Of a stretch of DNA of 32,000 nucleotides, positions 18,190-27,499 are shown one piece after another (the stretch's first letter is position 1; every line of letters begins with the position of its first letter). The notes under the pieces were generated by a model. That model ran no database searches. It was not told the origin of the DNA and saw only the letters and a program-made list of their open reading frames with translations. Origin of the DNA: Rhodobacter capsulatus SB 1003. GTDB lineage: Bacteria > Pseudomonadota > Alphaproteobacteria > Rhodobacterales > Rhodobacteraceae. Location of the stretch: positions 2,340,001-2,372,000 of the forward strand of contig NC_014034.1 in assembly GCF_000021865.1 (NCBI RefSeq). Reading direction: 5' to 3'. The position numbers and the translations under genes are program-made.

Positions 18190-18246
18190 GCCTCTGCCAC
18201 CGCCAGCCCGACCACGCCCCGACGCCCGGGGCGTGGCCCCTTTCCC

Positions 18247-19935
18247 ATGAAAGCGCCCTTCATGCCGACCGCCGATCTGATCGTGACCAACGCCCGCATC
18301 CTGACGATGGATGACGCGCGCCCCACCGCCGAAGCCATCGCGCTTTCGGGCGAAACCATCCTGGCCCTGGGCGCAGCGCCCGAGATTCTGGCGCTGGCCG
18401 GCCCCGCAACACGCGTCATCGACGCCGCGGGCCGCACCGTCCTGCCCGGCTTTTTCGAGGGCCATGTGCATCTGGGCCTTGGCGGGGCGGAGCTCGCGCA
18501 TCTGCACATCGACCATCTGCACGGGGCCGAGGAGATCGCGCAGGCCTTTCGCGCCTTTGCCGCCACCCATCCCGAGCGGCCGATCCTGATCGCGCAGGGC
18601 GCCGATTACGGCATGCTGGGCCATCCGATCAGCCGCCATGATCTGGATGCGATGATCTCCGACCGCCCGATCGCGATGATGTCGCATGACCACCACACGG
18701 TCTGGGCCAATACCGCCGCGCTTGAAGCCACCGGGCTGATGCAGGGCGCCCCCATGCCGCATGGGCACGAGGTGGTGCTGGATGAAGACGGTCTGGCGAC
18801 GGGCGAGCTGCGCGAATTCGAAGCCTTCGGCCCGATCATCGCGCTGGCGGGCGAGGCGCGGATCAATCTGGGCATCGCGACGGGCGAGGAACCCGCAACG
18901 CCCCCCACGGCCGAGGAACGCGCCGCCGACAAGGCGATGATCCTGGCCGGGATGCGGCATTGCGCAAGACACGGGGTCACCAGCCTCGTCAACATGGATG
19001 GCAACCGCTACACGCTTGAATTGCTGTCCGAAATGCAGGCCGAGGGCACGCTTTTGCTGCGCGTCAAGGTGCCCTTCCATTTCAAGCCGCATATGGATCT
19101 GAGCGCGCTTGACCGCGCCTCTGACATGATGCGGGATTTCGATGACGCCTGGATCAGCTCGGGCTTCGTCAAGATGTTCATGGATGGCGTCGTCGACAGC
19201 CGCACCGCCTATATGCTGAACGATTATGCCGATGCCCCCGGGCACCGGTCCGAGCCGCTGTTCGCGCCCGAGACCTTCAAGGCCATCGCCACCGAGATCG
19301 ACCGGCGCGGGTTGCAGATCGCCGTGCATGCGATCGGCGACGGGGCGGTGCGGGTGACGATCGACGGGATCGAAGCCGCACGGGCCGCGAACGGCCCCCG
19401 CGACGCCCGCCACCGCATCGAACATATCGAGCTGATCGACCCCGCCGACATTCCGCGCCTTGGCGCGCTGGGGATCACCGCCAGCCTGCAGCCGCCGCAC
19501 TCGCCCGGGGCGATGGAATTTCCGCTGGAACCGACGCTAACCCGGATCGGCCGCGCGCGCTGGCCCGACGCCTATCTGTGGAAGACGCTGGCAACCCGCG
19601 GCGGCGCGCCCATCGCCTATTCCAGCGACTGGCCGGTGACCGATGTCTCGGTGCTGCGCGGCATCCATGCCGGGGTGACGCGGACCCCGTTCGAGGGCTG
19701 CACCGACGAATGCCTGAGCCTGATGGAAACGCTGCGCGCCTATACCGCGGGCGGCGCCCGGGCGGCGCATCGCGACCACGTCACCGGCACGCTCCGGCCC
19801 GGTCTTGCGGCCGATCTGGTGATGCTCGGCGGCGATATCGAGAGCTGCGCGCCCGACGCAATCCCGGATCTCGGCATCGCGCTGACCGTCTGCGGCGGGC
19901 GCATCCTTTGGGAAGATCCCGCCCGCATGCCGTAA
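18247..19935 (+). CDS. Amidohydrolase-family (Amidohydro_3 / YtcJ-like) metal-dependent hydrolase
   Basis: 562 aa with metal-binding motif GFFEGHVHLGLGG, later HAIGD and a C-terminal SDWPV. An alternative start exists at 18262. Confidence 0.8.
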   Translation: MKAPFMPTADLIVTNARILTMDDARPTAEAIALSGETILALGAAPEILALAGPATRVIDAAGRTVLPGFFEGHVHLGLGGAELAHLHIDHLHGAEEIAQAFRAFAATHPERPILIAQGADYGMLGHPISRHDLDAMISDRPIAMMSHDHHTVWANTAALEATGLMQGAPMPHGHEVVLDEDGLATGELREFEAFGPIIALAGEARINLGIATGEEPATPPTAEERAADKAMILAGMRHCARHGVTSLVNMDGNRYTLELLSEMQAEGTLLLRVKVPFHFKPHMDLSALDRASDMMRDFDDAWISSGFVKMFMDGVVDSRTAYMLNDYADAPGHRSEPLFAPETFKAIATEIDRRGLQIAVHAIGDGAVRVTIDGIEAARAANGPRDARHRIEHIELIDPADIPRLGALGITASLQPPHSPGAMEFPLEPTLTRIGRARWPDAYLWKTLATRGGAPIAYSSDWPVTDVSVLRGIHAGVTRTPFEGCTDECLSLMETLRAYTAGGARAAHRDHVTGTLRPGLAADLVMLGGDIESCAPDAIPDLGIALTVCGGRILWEDPARMP

Positions 19936-20060
19936 ACCGCGGTTCCGGGCGATCTTGCCCGGGACGAACAGCCGCTTTTTATTTTCCGAAATCCCTGTAT
20001 CCTTCCGGGATCGCCCCCCCTCGGGGCGGTCCCTGCCCTGCATCGCGCGTCGGAGACCCC

Positions 20061-22556
20061 ATGTCCGCTCCGCCCCCCCCGTTTTCGGCCGATACCGCGG
20101 ACAACCGGACCGCGGTGCAAAAGGCCCTTTACGGGGTGTCGCGCCGTGCGATGGCCTGGCGCGACCGGGCCTCGGCGCGGGCGCAGTTTCTGGCCGGTCT
20201 GGGGATGATCGCGTTTGGAACCGGGCTGCGCGAGGTGCTGCATGCGCTTGGCGCCGAGCTGAACTACCTGCCGCTTCTGCCCACGGTGACGCTGGCCGCC
20301 GCCTTCCTGCGCGCCGAGATCGGGCTTTGCGTGATCGTGCTGAGCGCGCTGCAGATCCATTTCCTCTTCGTGCCCGAAGCCGGGCCGGGCCATGACATCG
20401 CCCAGCTGATCTATCTTGCCGCGGCGGGGTTCACCGTCGTTCTGGCAGAGCTTTTCGTGCGCGCGCAAAAGGTTGCCCTGCTTGAAAGCCGCCGCGCCGA
20501 CCGCGTCGGGCGGCTGCATGCGGCGGTGATCGAATATTCGAATGACGCGATCCTGACCCATACGCTGGATGGCATCGTCACCACCTGGAACCCGGCGGCG
20601 ACGGTGATGCTGGGCTATCTCGCCCATGAAAGGATCGGCCGGCCGGTGAACGATCTGTGCGGCGCCGAGGTCGACCAGAGCGCCGAGATCTTCGCCCGGG
20701 TCCGCGCGGGCGAGGCGGTCGAGCATTTCGAAACCCGGATGCGCACCCGCGATGGCCGGGTGATCGATGTCTCGATCACGCTGTCGCCGATCCGCGATCC
20801 TTCGGGCGCGATCGTCGGCATCTCGACGATCCTGCGCGACATCACCGAAACCATGCAGATCTTCGACGCGCTGCGCCAAAGCGAGGAAAAGCTGCGCTTC
20901 GCGCTGGAGGCGGCGCGGGCAGGATGGTGGCAATGGCACTGCCTTGAAGATCGGGTGATCTGTTCCGAACGCTTCCTGCAGCAGCACGGGCTGGACCCCG
21001 CGGCCGGTCCGGTCACGCTGGCGGGCTGGCTCGCGCGCCTGCATCCCGAAGACCGCTCCGGCGTGCGGGCGCTGGTGCTGGGCGCGCTCGAATCGGGCGG
21101 GCGCGATCAGGCGCTGCAATATCGCGTCGCGCTGCCGGACGGGCGCGGGCCGCGCTGGATCGAGGCTTTCGGGCGGATCGAGCGCGACGCCGCGGGGCGG
21201 GCGCAGCGGGTCAACGGCATTTCCTTTGACGTCACCGACCGTTTCGAGGCGGTCGAGCGCATCGCCTATCTGGCGCATCACGACGGGCTGACCGGGCTGC
21301 CGAACCGGGCGCTGTTCCTTGACCGGCTCGAGGCGGCCCTGGGGCGGGTGCGGCATGCCCGGGGCTGCGCGGTGCTGCTGATCGATCTCGACCGTTTCAA
21401 GGAGGTGAACGAGACGCTCGGCCATGCGGCGGGGGACAGGCTCTTGTGCGCGGTGGCGGCGCGGCTGCGTGCCGAGGTCAGCGCGGCCGACACGCTGGCG
21501 CGGCTGGGCGGCGACGAATTCGCCGTGCTTCTGACCGAGACCGAGGCGCCGCAGACCGTGAGCGCGCTGGCCGAGCGGCTGATCGCGGCGATCGAGGCAG
21601 AATTCGATCTGGACGGGCGGCGCATCGGCATCGGCGCCAGCCTTGGCATTGCGATGGCGCCCTCGGACGGGCTCAGCCCGAAGGCGCTGGTCAAGGCGGC
21701 CGATGTGGCGCTGTGCCGGGCCAAGGCCGACGGCTCGGGCTGCCTGCGGTTTTTCGCGCCCGAAAGCGACAGCCGGATGCAGCAGCGCCGGGCGCTGGAA
21801 AGCGATCTGCGCCGGGCCTGGGCCGCGCGCGATTTCCAGCTCTTCTTCCAGCCGATCGTCGAGATGAAGACGCGCCGGGTCTCCTGTCTCGAGGCGCTGT
21901 TGCGCTGGCACCACCCCGAACGCGGCTGGGTCTCGCCCGAGACCTTCATTCCGCTGGCCGAGGAGATGGGGCTGATCGTGCCGATCGGCGAATGGGTGCT
22001 GACCGAGGCCTGCGCGGCGGCGGCACGCTGGCCGGGCAGCCTGCGGGTGGCGGTCAATCTCTCGCCGGTGCAGCTGGCGCATATCGGCCTGGCCGAGGCG
22101 ATCGCCGCGGCGTTGCGGCGCACCGGGCTGGCGGCGAACCGGCTGGAGCTGGAGATCACCGAGACGGTGATGATGAAGGAGACCCCGGCGACGCTGGCGA
22201 CGCTGGAGCGGCTCAAGGGGATCGGACTGCGCATCGCCATGGATGATTTCGGCGCGGGCTATTCCTCGTTGCGCAACCTGCAGCGGTTTCCCTTTGACAA
22301 GGTCAAGATCGACCGCGCCTTCACCGCCGGTCTGGGCACGTCGCAGCAAAGCGCGGCGATCGTGCGGGCGGTGACGGGGATGTGCCAGAGCCTCGGCATG
22401 GTCTCGACCGCCGAGGGGGTAGAGACCGAGACGCAGCTGGCCGCGCTGGCGCGCGAGGGCTGCAGCGAGGTGCAGGGCTATCTGTTCAGCAAGCCCGTTC
22501 CGGCGGCGCAGGTGGGCGCGCTGCTGGCGCGGCTCGACGGGCTCAAGGTCGGCTGA
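20061..22556 (+). CDS. Membrane-anchored PAS-PAS-GGDEF-EAL protein (c-di-GMP turnover)
   Basis: ATG at 20061 follows GGAGA, in frame with track ORF 19578..22556. It has hydrophobic N-terminal segments, two PAS-like regions, RLGGDEFAVLL, and EAL-domain motifs (LEALLRW, EITE, DDFGAGYSSL). Confidence 0.88.
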   Translation: MSAPPPPFSADTADNRTAVQKALYGVSRRAMAWRDRASARAQFLAGLGMIAFGTGLREVLHALGAELNYLPLLPTVTLAAAFLRAEIGLCVIVLSALQIHFLFVPEAGPGHDIAQLIYLAAAGFTVVLAELFVRAQKVALLESRRADRVGRLHAAVIEYSNDAILTHTLDGIVTTWNPAATVMLGYLAHERIGRPVNDLCGAEVDQSAEIFARVRAGEAVEHFETRMRTRDGRVIDVSITLSPIRDPSGAIVGISTILRDITETMQIFDALRQSEEKLRFALEAARAGWWQWHCLEDRVICSERFLQQHGLDPAAGPVTLAGWLARLHPEDRSGVRALVLGALESGGRDQALQYRVALPDGRGPRWIEAFGRIERDAAGRAQRVNGISFDVTDRFEAVERIAYLAHHDGLTGLPNRALFLDRLEAALGRVRHARGCAVLLIDLDRFKEVNETLGHAAGDRLLCAVAARLRAEVSAADTLARLGGDEFAVLLTETEAPQTVSALAERLIAAIEAEFDLDGRRIGIGASLGIAMAPSDGLSPKALVKAADVALCRAKADGSGCLRFFAPESDSRMQQRRALESDLRRAWAARDFQLFFQPIVEMKTRRVSCLEALLRWHHPERGWVSPETFIPLAEEMGLIVPIGEWVLTEACAAAARWPGSLRVAVNLSPVQLAHIGLAEAIAAALRRTGLAANRLELEITETVMMKETPATLATLERLKGIGLRIAMDDFGAGYSSLRNLQRFPFDKVKIDRAFTAGLGTSQQSAAIVRAVTGMCQSLGMVSTAEGVETETQLAALAREGCSEVQGYLFSKPVPAAQVGALLARLDGLKVG

Positions 22557-22562
22557 ACGGGC

Positions 22563-23324
22563 TCAGACGGCCTTGAGCCGCGCGGGCGCGGAACCTTGAA
22601 GGGCGCGCACCCGCGCCTCCGGACCGCGGGGGTCAAGATCGTAAAGCTTCGGCCGTGCTGTCAGATAGGCCCGCCAGTTGCCTTCGGGCTCGTCGCTGAT
22701 CTTCACCTTGTGGACAGTTGAGACCAGTTCGTTCAGCCTCACGATCCCCAGACCAAGCCCGGGCTCCTGATACTCGGCGATGATCTCCATGATTTTCAGA
22801 TCAAGCTCGGGAATCGGTCCGGCGGCCGCTTTTGGCGCGGGCGGCGGGGCGGCTTTCTGCACCGGCTGTTGCACCGGCTTCGGGGGCGGTTGTGGCGCGT
22901 CTTTCGGCGCGGGGGGCAGCGGCAGCGTCAGGAAGGTCTCGCAGGCGTCGCGAAAGATCTGCGGCGTCTTCGTCTCGCCGATCCCGGTCACCTGCCGCCC
23001 GTATTCGCGCAGGCGCAGCGCCAGATGGCTGAAATCGCGGTCCGAACTGGCGATCACGAAGCGCTTCACCCCCTCGCGCAGCGCCAGCTCCATCGCATCA
23101 AGCGCCAATAGCAGGTCCGAGGCATTCTTGCCCTTGCCCGCATGCATCAGCCGGAACCCCTGCGGACCGCCCTGCCAATCCGTGGCCTTTTGCGCATCCA
23201 GATAGACCCGCCGCACCGTCACCGTGCCAAAGGCCCGCGCCCGCAGCGCGATCTGCCCGGCATATCTGGCCGAAAGATTGTCGCCATCGACCAGAACCGC
23301 CACCGTTTCCATAGCCCTCGTCAC
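22563..23324 (-). CDS. NYN (LabA-like PIN-fold) domain protein with a Pro-rich linker and a C-terminal OST-HTH/LOTUS-like domain
   Basis: 253 aa, VAVLVDGDNLS...KNASDLLLALDAM...FVIASSDRDFSHLALRLRE.G. These are the typical NYN acidic residues. The start may be the ATG at 23312. Confidence 0.75.
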   Translation of the reverse strand: MTRAMETVAVLVDGDNLSARYAGQIALRARAFGTVTVRRVYLDAQKATDWQGGPQGFRLMHAGKGKNASDLLLALDAMELALREGVKRFVIASSDRDFSHLALRLREYGRQVTGIGETKTPQIFRDACETFLTLPLPPAPKDAPQPPPKPVQQPVQKAAPPPAPKAAAGPIPELDLKIMEIIAEYQEPGLGLGIVRLNELVSTVHKVKISDEPEGNWRAYLTARPKLYDLDPRGPEARVRALQGSAPARLKAV

Positions 23325-23396
23325 CTCTGCACCGCGTTCAACCGCAGGCTGCGCAGAAAATGCGACAAAATTCAGGCGCTTCGGCGCGGCGTTGCG

Positions 23397-25658
23397 TCAC
23401 GTCGCGCGGCGCGGATCATAGCGCAGCAGCCGCAGCGCATTCGCCGTCACCAGCACCGTCGCCCCGGTATCGGCCAGAACCGCGATCCAGAGCCCGGTGA
23501 TCCCGAAAACCGAGGTGACCAGAAACACCGCCTTCAGCCCCAGCGCGATGGCGACATTCTGGCGGATGTTGCCCAGGGTCTGCCGCGACAGCCGGATCAG
23601 CGCGGGCAGATCGGTCAGGTCGTTGCGCATCAGCACCGCATCGGCGGTCTCGATCGCCACATCGGTCCCCGCCCCGATCGCCACGCCGACATCGGCCGCC
23701 CGCAGCGCCGGGGCGTCGTTGATGCCGTCGCCCAGCATCAGCACGCCCCCCTGCGCCGAAAGCCGCGTCACCTCGGCGCATTTGTCCTCGGGCAGAAGCC
23801 CCGCCTTGACCGCAAGCCCCAAGGGCGCCGCCAGCGCCCGCGCCGGGGCCTCGGCATCGCCGGTCAGCATCACGCTGTCCAGCCCAAGCGCCCGCAGCGC
23901 CGCCAGCGCCGCGCCCGCCTCGGGCCGGGGCTCGTCGCGCAGGGCAATCAGCCCCTGCGGAACGCCGTCGCGGCAAAGTTCGACCACCGTCTTCGCCTCG
24001 GCCTGCAGCGCCGCCGCCTGCGGGTTGCCCGCGGCAGGCGCCGCAATGCGCCACAGCGCCCCGGCGATCTGCGCCTCGGCCCCCACCCCCGGGATCACCC
24101 GGGCGGCCGTGGCGGCGGGGGCCGTCACCCCCTCGGCTGCGGCGCGTGCCAGGATCGCCCGCGCCAGGGGATGCGAGGACCCCGCCTCGACCGCCGCCGC
24201 ATGGGCCAGCAGATCGGCGACCGCAACCCCGGCGGCGGGCCGAAGATCGGTCACAAGCGGGCGGCCCGGCGTCAGCGTGCCGGTCTTGTCGAGCGCCACA
24301 AGCCGCAGCCGCGCCAGCGCCTCGATCACCGCGCCGCCCTTGACCAGAAGCCCGCGCCGCGCCCCGGTCGAGAGCGCCGCCGCCATCGCCGCGGGCACCG
24401 AAATCACCAGCGCGCAGGGGCAGCCGATCAGCAACAGCGCCAGCGCGCGATAGATCCAGACGCCCCAATCCGCCCCGGTCAAGAGCGGCGGCAGCACCGC
24501 CACCAGCGCCGCCAGACCGACGATCAGCGGCATGTACCAGCGGCTGAAGCGGTCGATGAAGCGTTCGACCGGGGCCTTGGCCGCCTCGGCCTCGGCCACC
24601 ATCCGCGCGATCCGCGCCAGCGTGCTGTCCGCCGCCGCGCGCGTCACCCGCAGCCGCAACAGCGCCTCGGTGTTGATCGAGCCCGCCAGAACCCGGTCGC
24701 CCGGGCCGCGCGTCACCGGCACGCTTTCCCCGGTCACCGCGCTTTCATCGAGGCCCGAGACCCCCTCGACGATCTCGGCATCGACCGGGGCGCGGTCGCC
24801 CGGGCGCAGCCGCAGGATCTGCCCCGGCTGCAGGGTCGCCGCCGCCACCTCGCGCGTCTGTCCGTCCCGCTCCAGAAGCGCGGTTTCCGGCATCTGCCGG
24901 GCCAGCGCCCGCAGCCCGTCGCGCGCGCGGGCGGCGGCAATCGATTCCAAAAGCTCGCCCAGAGCAAAGAGCACCACCACCATCGCCGCCTCGGCCGCGG
25001 CGCCGATCATCAGCGCGCCGATGGCCGCCACCGTCATCAGCATCTCGATGCTGAAGGGCTGCCCGACCCGTGCCAGCGCCAGGGCCTGCCGCGCCACCGG
25101 GAACAGCGCGCCCAGACAGGCCAGCGCGAAGGCAGGCGCCGCCAGCGCGGGCAGCATCAGCGCGACGCCCCAGGCGAGGGCGAGCCCGCCCGCCGACCAG
25201 AACAGCCGCGCCGCCTTCGGCCCGCGCAGCCAGGGCGCGGCGGGCGGCAGGGGCGCGGCGGTCACTTCGGCGGTCACTTCGGGGGCCGGCGCGGGCGCGG
25301 GGGCCGCCGCACCGCAGCCGCAACCGCCACAGCCGCAGGCCGGGGCGCCGCCGTGGTCGTGCCCGTCATGCCCGTGGTCATGCCCGTGATCGTGGCGGGG
25401 TTTCAGCAGCGGCAGCGGCGGCGCGGCGCCGATGCGGGTGATCGTGTAACCCAGCCGCGTCACCGTGCGTTCCAGCTCGCCCGGGCTGGTCGCGCCCGGG
25501 GTCAGCCGCGCCCGCAGCCGCTCGCTCATCAGCGCGATCTCCACCGCCTCGACGCCCGGCAGCCGCTCCACCGCGCTGCGGACCTTGCCCGCACAGGCGG
25601 CGCAATCCATGCCGCCGACCTGCCACTCGCACGATTCCATTTTCGAAACCTCTGCCAT
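23397..25658 (-). CDS. Heavy-metal translocating P1B-type ATPase (ZntA/CadA-like, Zn/Cd/Pb)
   Basis: It has an HMA domain (GMDCAACAGKV), a His-rich stretch, a CPC motif in TM6 (IGCPCALVIS), DKTGTLT and GDGINDAP. I preferred the ATG at 25658 (AAGAGG RBS) over the track start at 25676. Confidence 0.9.
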   Translation of the reverse strand: MAEVSKMESCEWQVGGMDCAACAGKVRSAVERLPGVEAVEIALMSERLRARLTPGATSPGELERTVTRLGYTITRIGAAPPLPLLKPRHDHGHDHGHDGHDHGGAPACGCGGCGCGAAAPAPAPAPEVTAEVTAAPLPPAAPWLRGPKAARLFWSAGGLALAWGVALMLPALAAPAFALACLGALFPVARQALALARVGQPFSIEMLMTVAAIGALMIGAAAEAAMVVVLFALGELLESIAAARARDGLRALARQMPETALLERDGQTREVAAATLQPGQILRLRPGDRAPVDAEIVEGVSGLDESAVTGESVPVTRGPGDRVLAGSINTEALLRLRVTRAAADSTLARIARMVAEAEAAKAPVERFIDRFSRWYMPLIVGLAALVAVLPPLLTGADWGVWIYRALALLLIGCPCALVISVPAAMAAALSTGARRGLLVKGGAVIEALARLRLVALDKTGTLTPGRPLVTDLRPAAGVAVADLLAHAAAVEAGSSHPLARAILARAAAEGVTAPAATAARVIPGVGAEAQIAGALWRIAAPAAGNPQAAALQAEAKTVVELCRDGVPQGLIALRDEPRPEAGAALAALRALGLDSVMLTGDAEAPARALAAPLGLAVKAGLLPEDKCAEVTRLSAQGGVLMLGDGINDAPALRAADVGVAIGAGTDVAIETADAVLMRNDLTDLPALIRLSRQTLGNIRQNVAIALGLKAVFLVTSVFGITGLWIAVLADTGATVLVTANALRLLRYDPRRAT

Positions 25659-25708
25659 ATCAACCTCTTGCATCACGATCTTCAGGCACTTGCCGCGATC
25701 TTGCCAAA

Positions 25709-25739
25709 ACCCTAATCTCTCTAGCGACTAGAGCTGCAA
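25709..25739 (-). promoter_or_regulatory. MerR-type promoter/operator of the ATPase gene: -35 TTGCAG, 19-bp spacer containing the dyad CTCTAG-CGA-CTAGAG (25719-25733), -10 TAGGGT
   Basis: There is a perfect 6+3+6 inverted repeat inside an over-long 19-bp spacer, which is the hallmark of MerR-family activated promoters. A plus-strand TTGCCG-17-TAATCT promoter for the merR-like gene ends next to the dyad. Confidence 0.65.
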
Positions 25740-25748
25740 GGGGGGATC

Positions 25749-26195
25749 ATGCTCAGCATCGGGCGTTTGTCGCAGGAAACCGGGGTCAAGGTGCCGACGA
25801 TCCGTTATTACGAGCAGATCGGCCTGATGCCCGCGGCCGAGCGCAGCAGCGGCAATCAGCGGCTTTACGGCGCGGCGGCGCGGCGGCGGCTGTCCTTCAT
25901 CCGCCATGCCCGCGATCTGGGCTTTCCGCTGGAGGCGATCCGCGATCTGCTGGGCCTGACCGATCAGCCCGACCAGCCCTGCACCGCCGTCGATGCGATC
26001 GCGCGGGCGCAGCTGACGACGATCCGCTCGCGCATCGCGCGGCTGCAGGCGCTGGAGGACGAGCTGGTGCGGATGATCGGGCACTGCACCCATGGCCGGA
26101 TCGCCGAGTGCCGGGTGATCGAGGTTCTGGGCGATCACGGCCTGTGCGCGCATGACCACCACGGCACGCCCGAGGAGGAGGGGCCGGGGCGGTAG
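25749..26195 (+). CDS. MerR-family metal-responsive regulator (ZntR/CadR-like)
   Basis: 148 aa with HTH IGRLSQETGVKVPTIRYYEQIGL. C-terminal Cys/His ligands are present (CTHGRIAECRVIEVLGDHGLCAHDHH). Confidence 0.88.
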   Translation: MLSIGRLSQETGVKVPTIRYYEQIGLMPAAERSSGNQRLYGAAARRRLSFIRHARDLGFPLEAIRDLLGLTDQPDQPCTAVDAIARAQLTTIRSRIARLQALEDELVRMIGHCTHGRIAECRVIEVLGDHGLCAHDHHGTPEEEGPGR

Positions 26196-26200
26196 CGCCC

Positions 26201-27418
26201 TCAGCGGGTGTCCTTCGGCCGCAGCACCAGCCAGATCAGCGCCGCCCCCGCCAGCGTCAGGAAGGGCAGCATGGCGAGGTTCACCGCCTGCCAGCCCGCC
26301 ACCGCATCGGCCGAGGCGCAGGTCATCAGCCCGCCCGAGGAGAGCGAGGCCAGAAACACCCCGCCGAAGACGACGAAATCGTTCATCCCCTGCACCGTGC
26401 CGCGTTCCTCGGGGGCATGGGCGGCGGCCAGCATCGCGGTCGAGCCGATGAAACCGAAGTTCCAGCCCAGCCCGAGCAGCATCAGCGCCAGGAAGAATTG
26501 TTCGAGATCGACCCCGGTCAGGGCCACGGCCCCCGCCACGGCCAGAATGAAAAGACCAATGCCGACAATGGTTTCGCGGCCAAAGCGGGCAATCAGATGG
26601 CCGGTGAAGAAAGAGGGCAGATACATCGCCAGCACATGCGCCGAAACGATGTCGGCGGCATTCGTCGTGGTGTGGCCGCAGCCCACCACCGCCAGCGGAG
26701 TCGAGGTCATCACCAGGTTCATCAGCGCATAGGAAACCATGCCGCAGATCATCGCCACCAGGATCACCGGATCGCGCAAAAGTTCCCCGCGCGTCCGCCC
26801 CCCCGCTTGCCCCTTCACCCGGCGGCCGGGCGCGGGGATGCGCAGGAAGGCAAAGATCAGCGGCCCGGCCAGGTTGATCGCGATGATCGCAAGGTAAGTC
26901 GCCTGAAACGGCACCACCAGCGCCTGCGCCGTCAGCTTGACCAGCTGCGGCCCCAGCACCGCCGCCGCCAGGCCCCCGGCCAGCACCCAGGAAATCGCCT
27001 TGCTCTGGTGCTCGGGCGCGATGCCATCGGTCGCGGCGAAGCGGTAAAAGCCCTGCGCCGACATGTAGATACCGGCCAGAAGCGAGCCGAGGCAGAACAG
27101 CGGGAAAGAGCCGATGGCCAGCGCATGGGCGGAAATCGCCGCGCCGATGCCGCCCGCGGCCGTGGCCAGGATGAAGCCCGCACGGCGGCCGTAAACCGCC
27201 ATGAAGGACGACATCGGCTGCGCCGTCAGCACCGATCCCAGCACGATCAGCGAAAGCGGCAGCGTCGCCAGACAGGGGTTCGTCGCCAGCGACTGGCCCG
27301 CCAGCCCGCCGACGGTGAAGATCATCGACATCTGCGCGCCCAGAAACGCCTGTGCCGCGACCAGCACGATCAGGTTGCGAAGCGGCAGCGGCGGGGCAGA
27401 GGCGGCAGTCTGTGTCAT
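26201..27418 (-). CDS. MFS transporter
   Basis: About 405 aa and about 12 TM segments. I preferred the ATG at 27416-27418; the track begins 2 codons upstream at a TTG. Confidence 0.8.
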   Translation of the reverse strand: MTQTAASAPPLPLRNLIVLVAAQAFLGAQMSMIFTVGGLAGQSLATNPCLATLPLSLIVLGSVLTAQPMSSFMAVYGRRAGFILATAAGGIGAAISAHALAIGSFPLFCLGSLLAGIYMSAQGFYRFAATDGIAPEHQSKAISWVLAGGLAAAVLGPQLVKLTAQALVVPFQATYLAIIAINLAGPLIFAFLRIPAPGRRVKGQAGGRTRGELLRDPVILVAMICGMVSYALMNLVMTSTPLAVVGCGHTTTNAADIVSAHVLAMYLPSFFTGHLIARFGRETIVGIGLFILAVAGAVALTGVDLEQFFLALMLLGLGWNFGFIGSTAMLAAAHAPEERGTVQGMNDFVVFGGVFLASLSSGGLMTCASADAVAGWQAVNLAMLPFLTLAGAALIWLVLRPKDTR

Positions 27419-27499
27419 GCCCAAGGCCTAGCGCGCGCCGTGCGGGCTGGCAAGCTTTCGGGTCTGGCGCCGGGCGCGAAAACCGGGCAGGCTGGGCGC

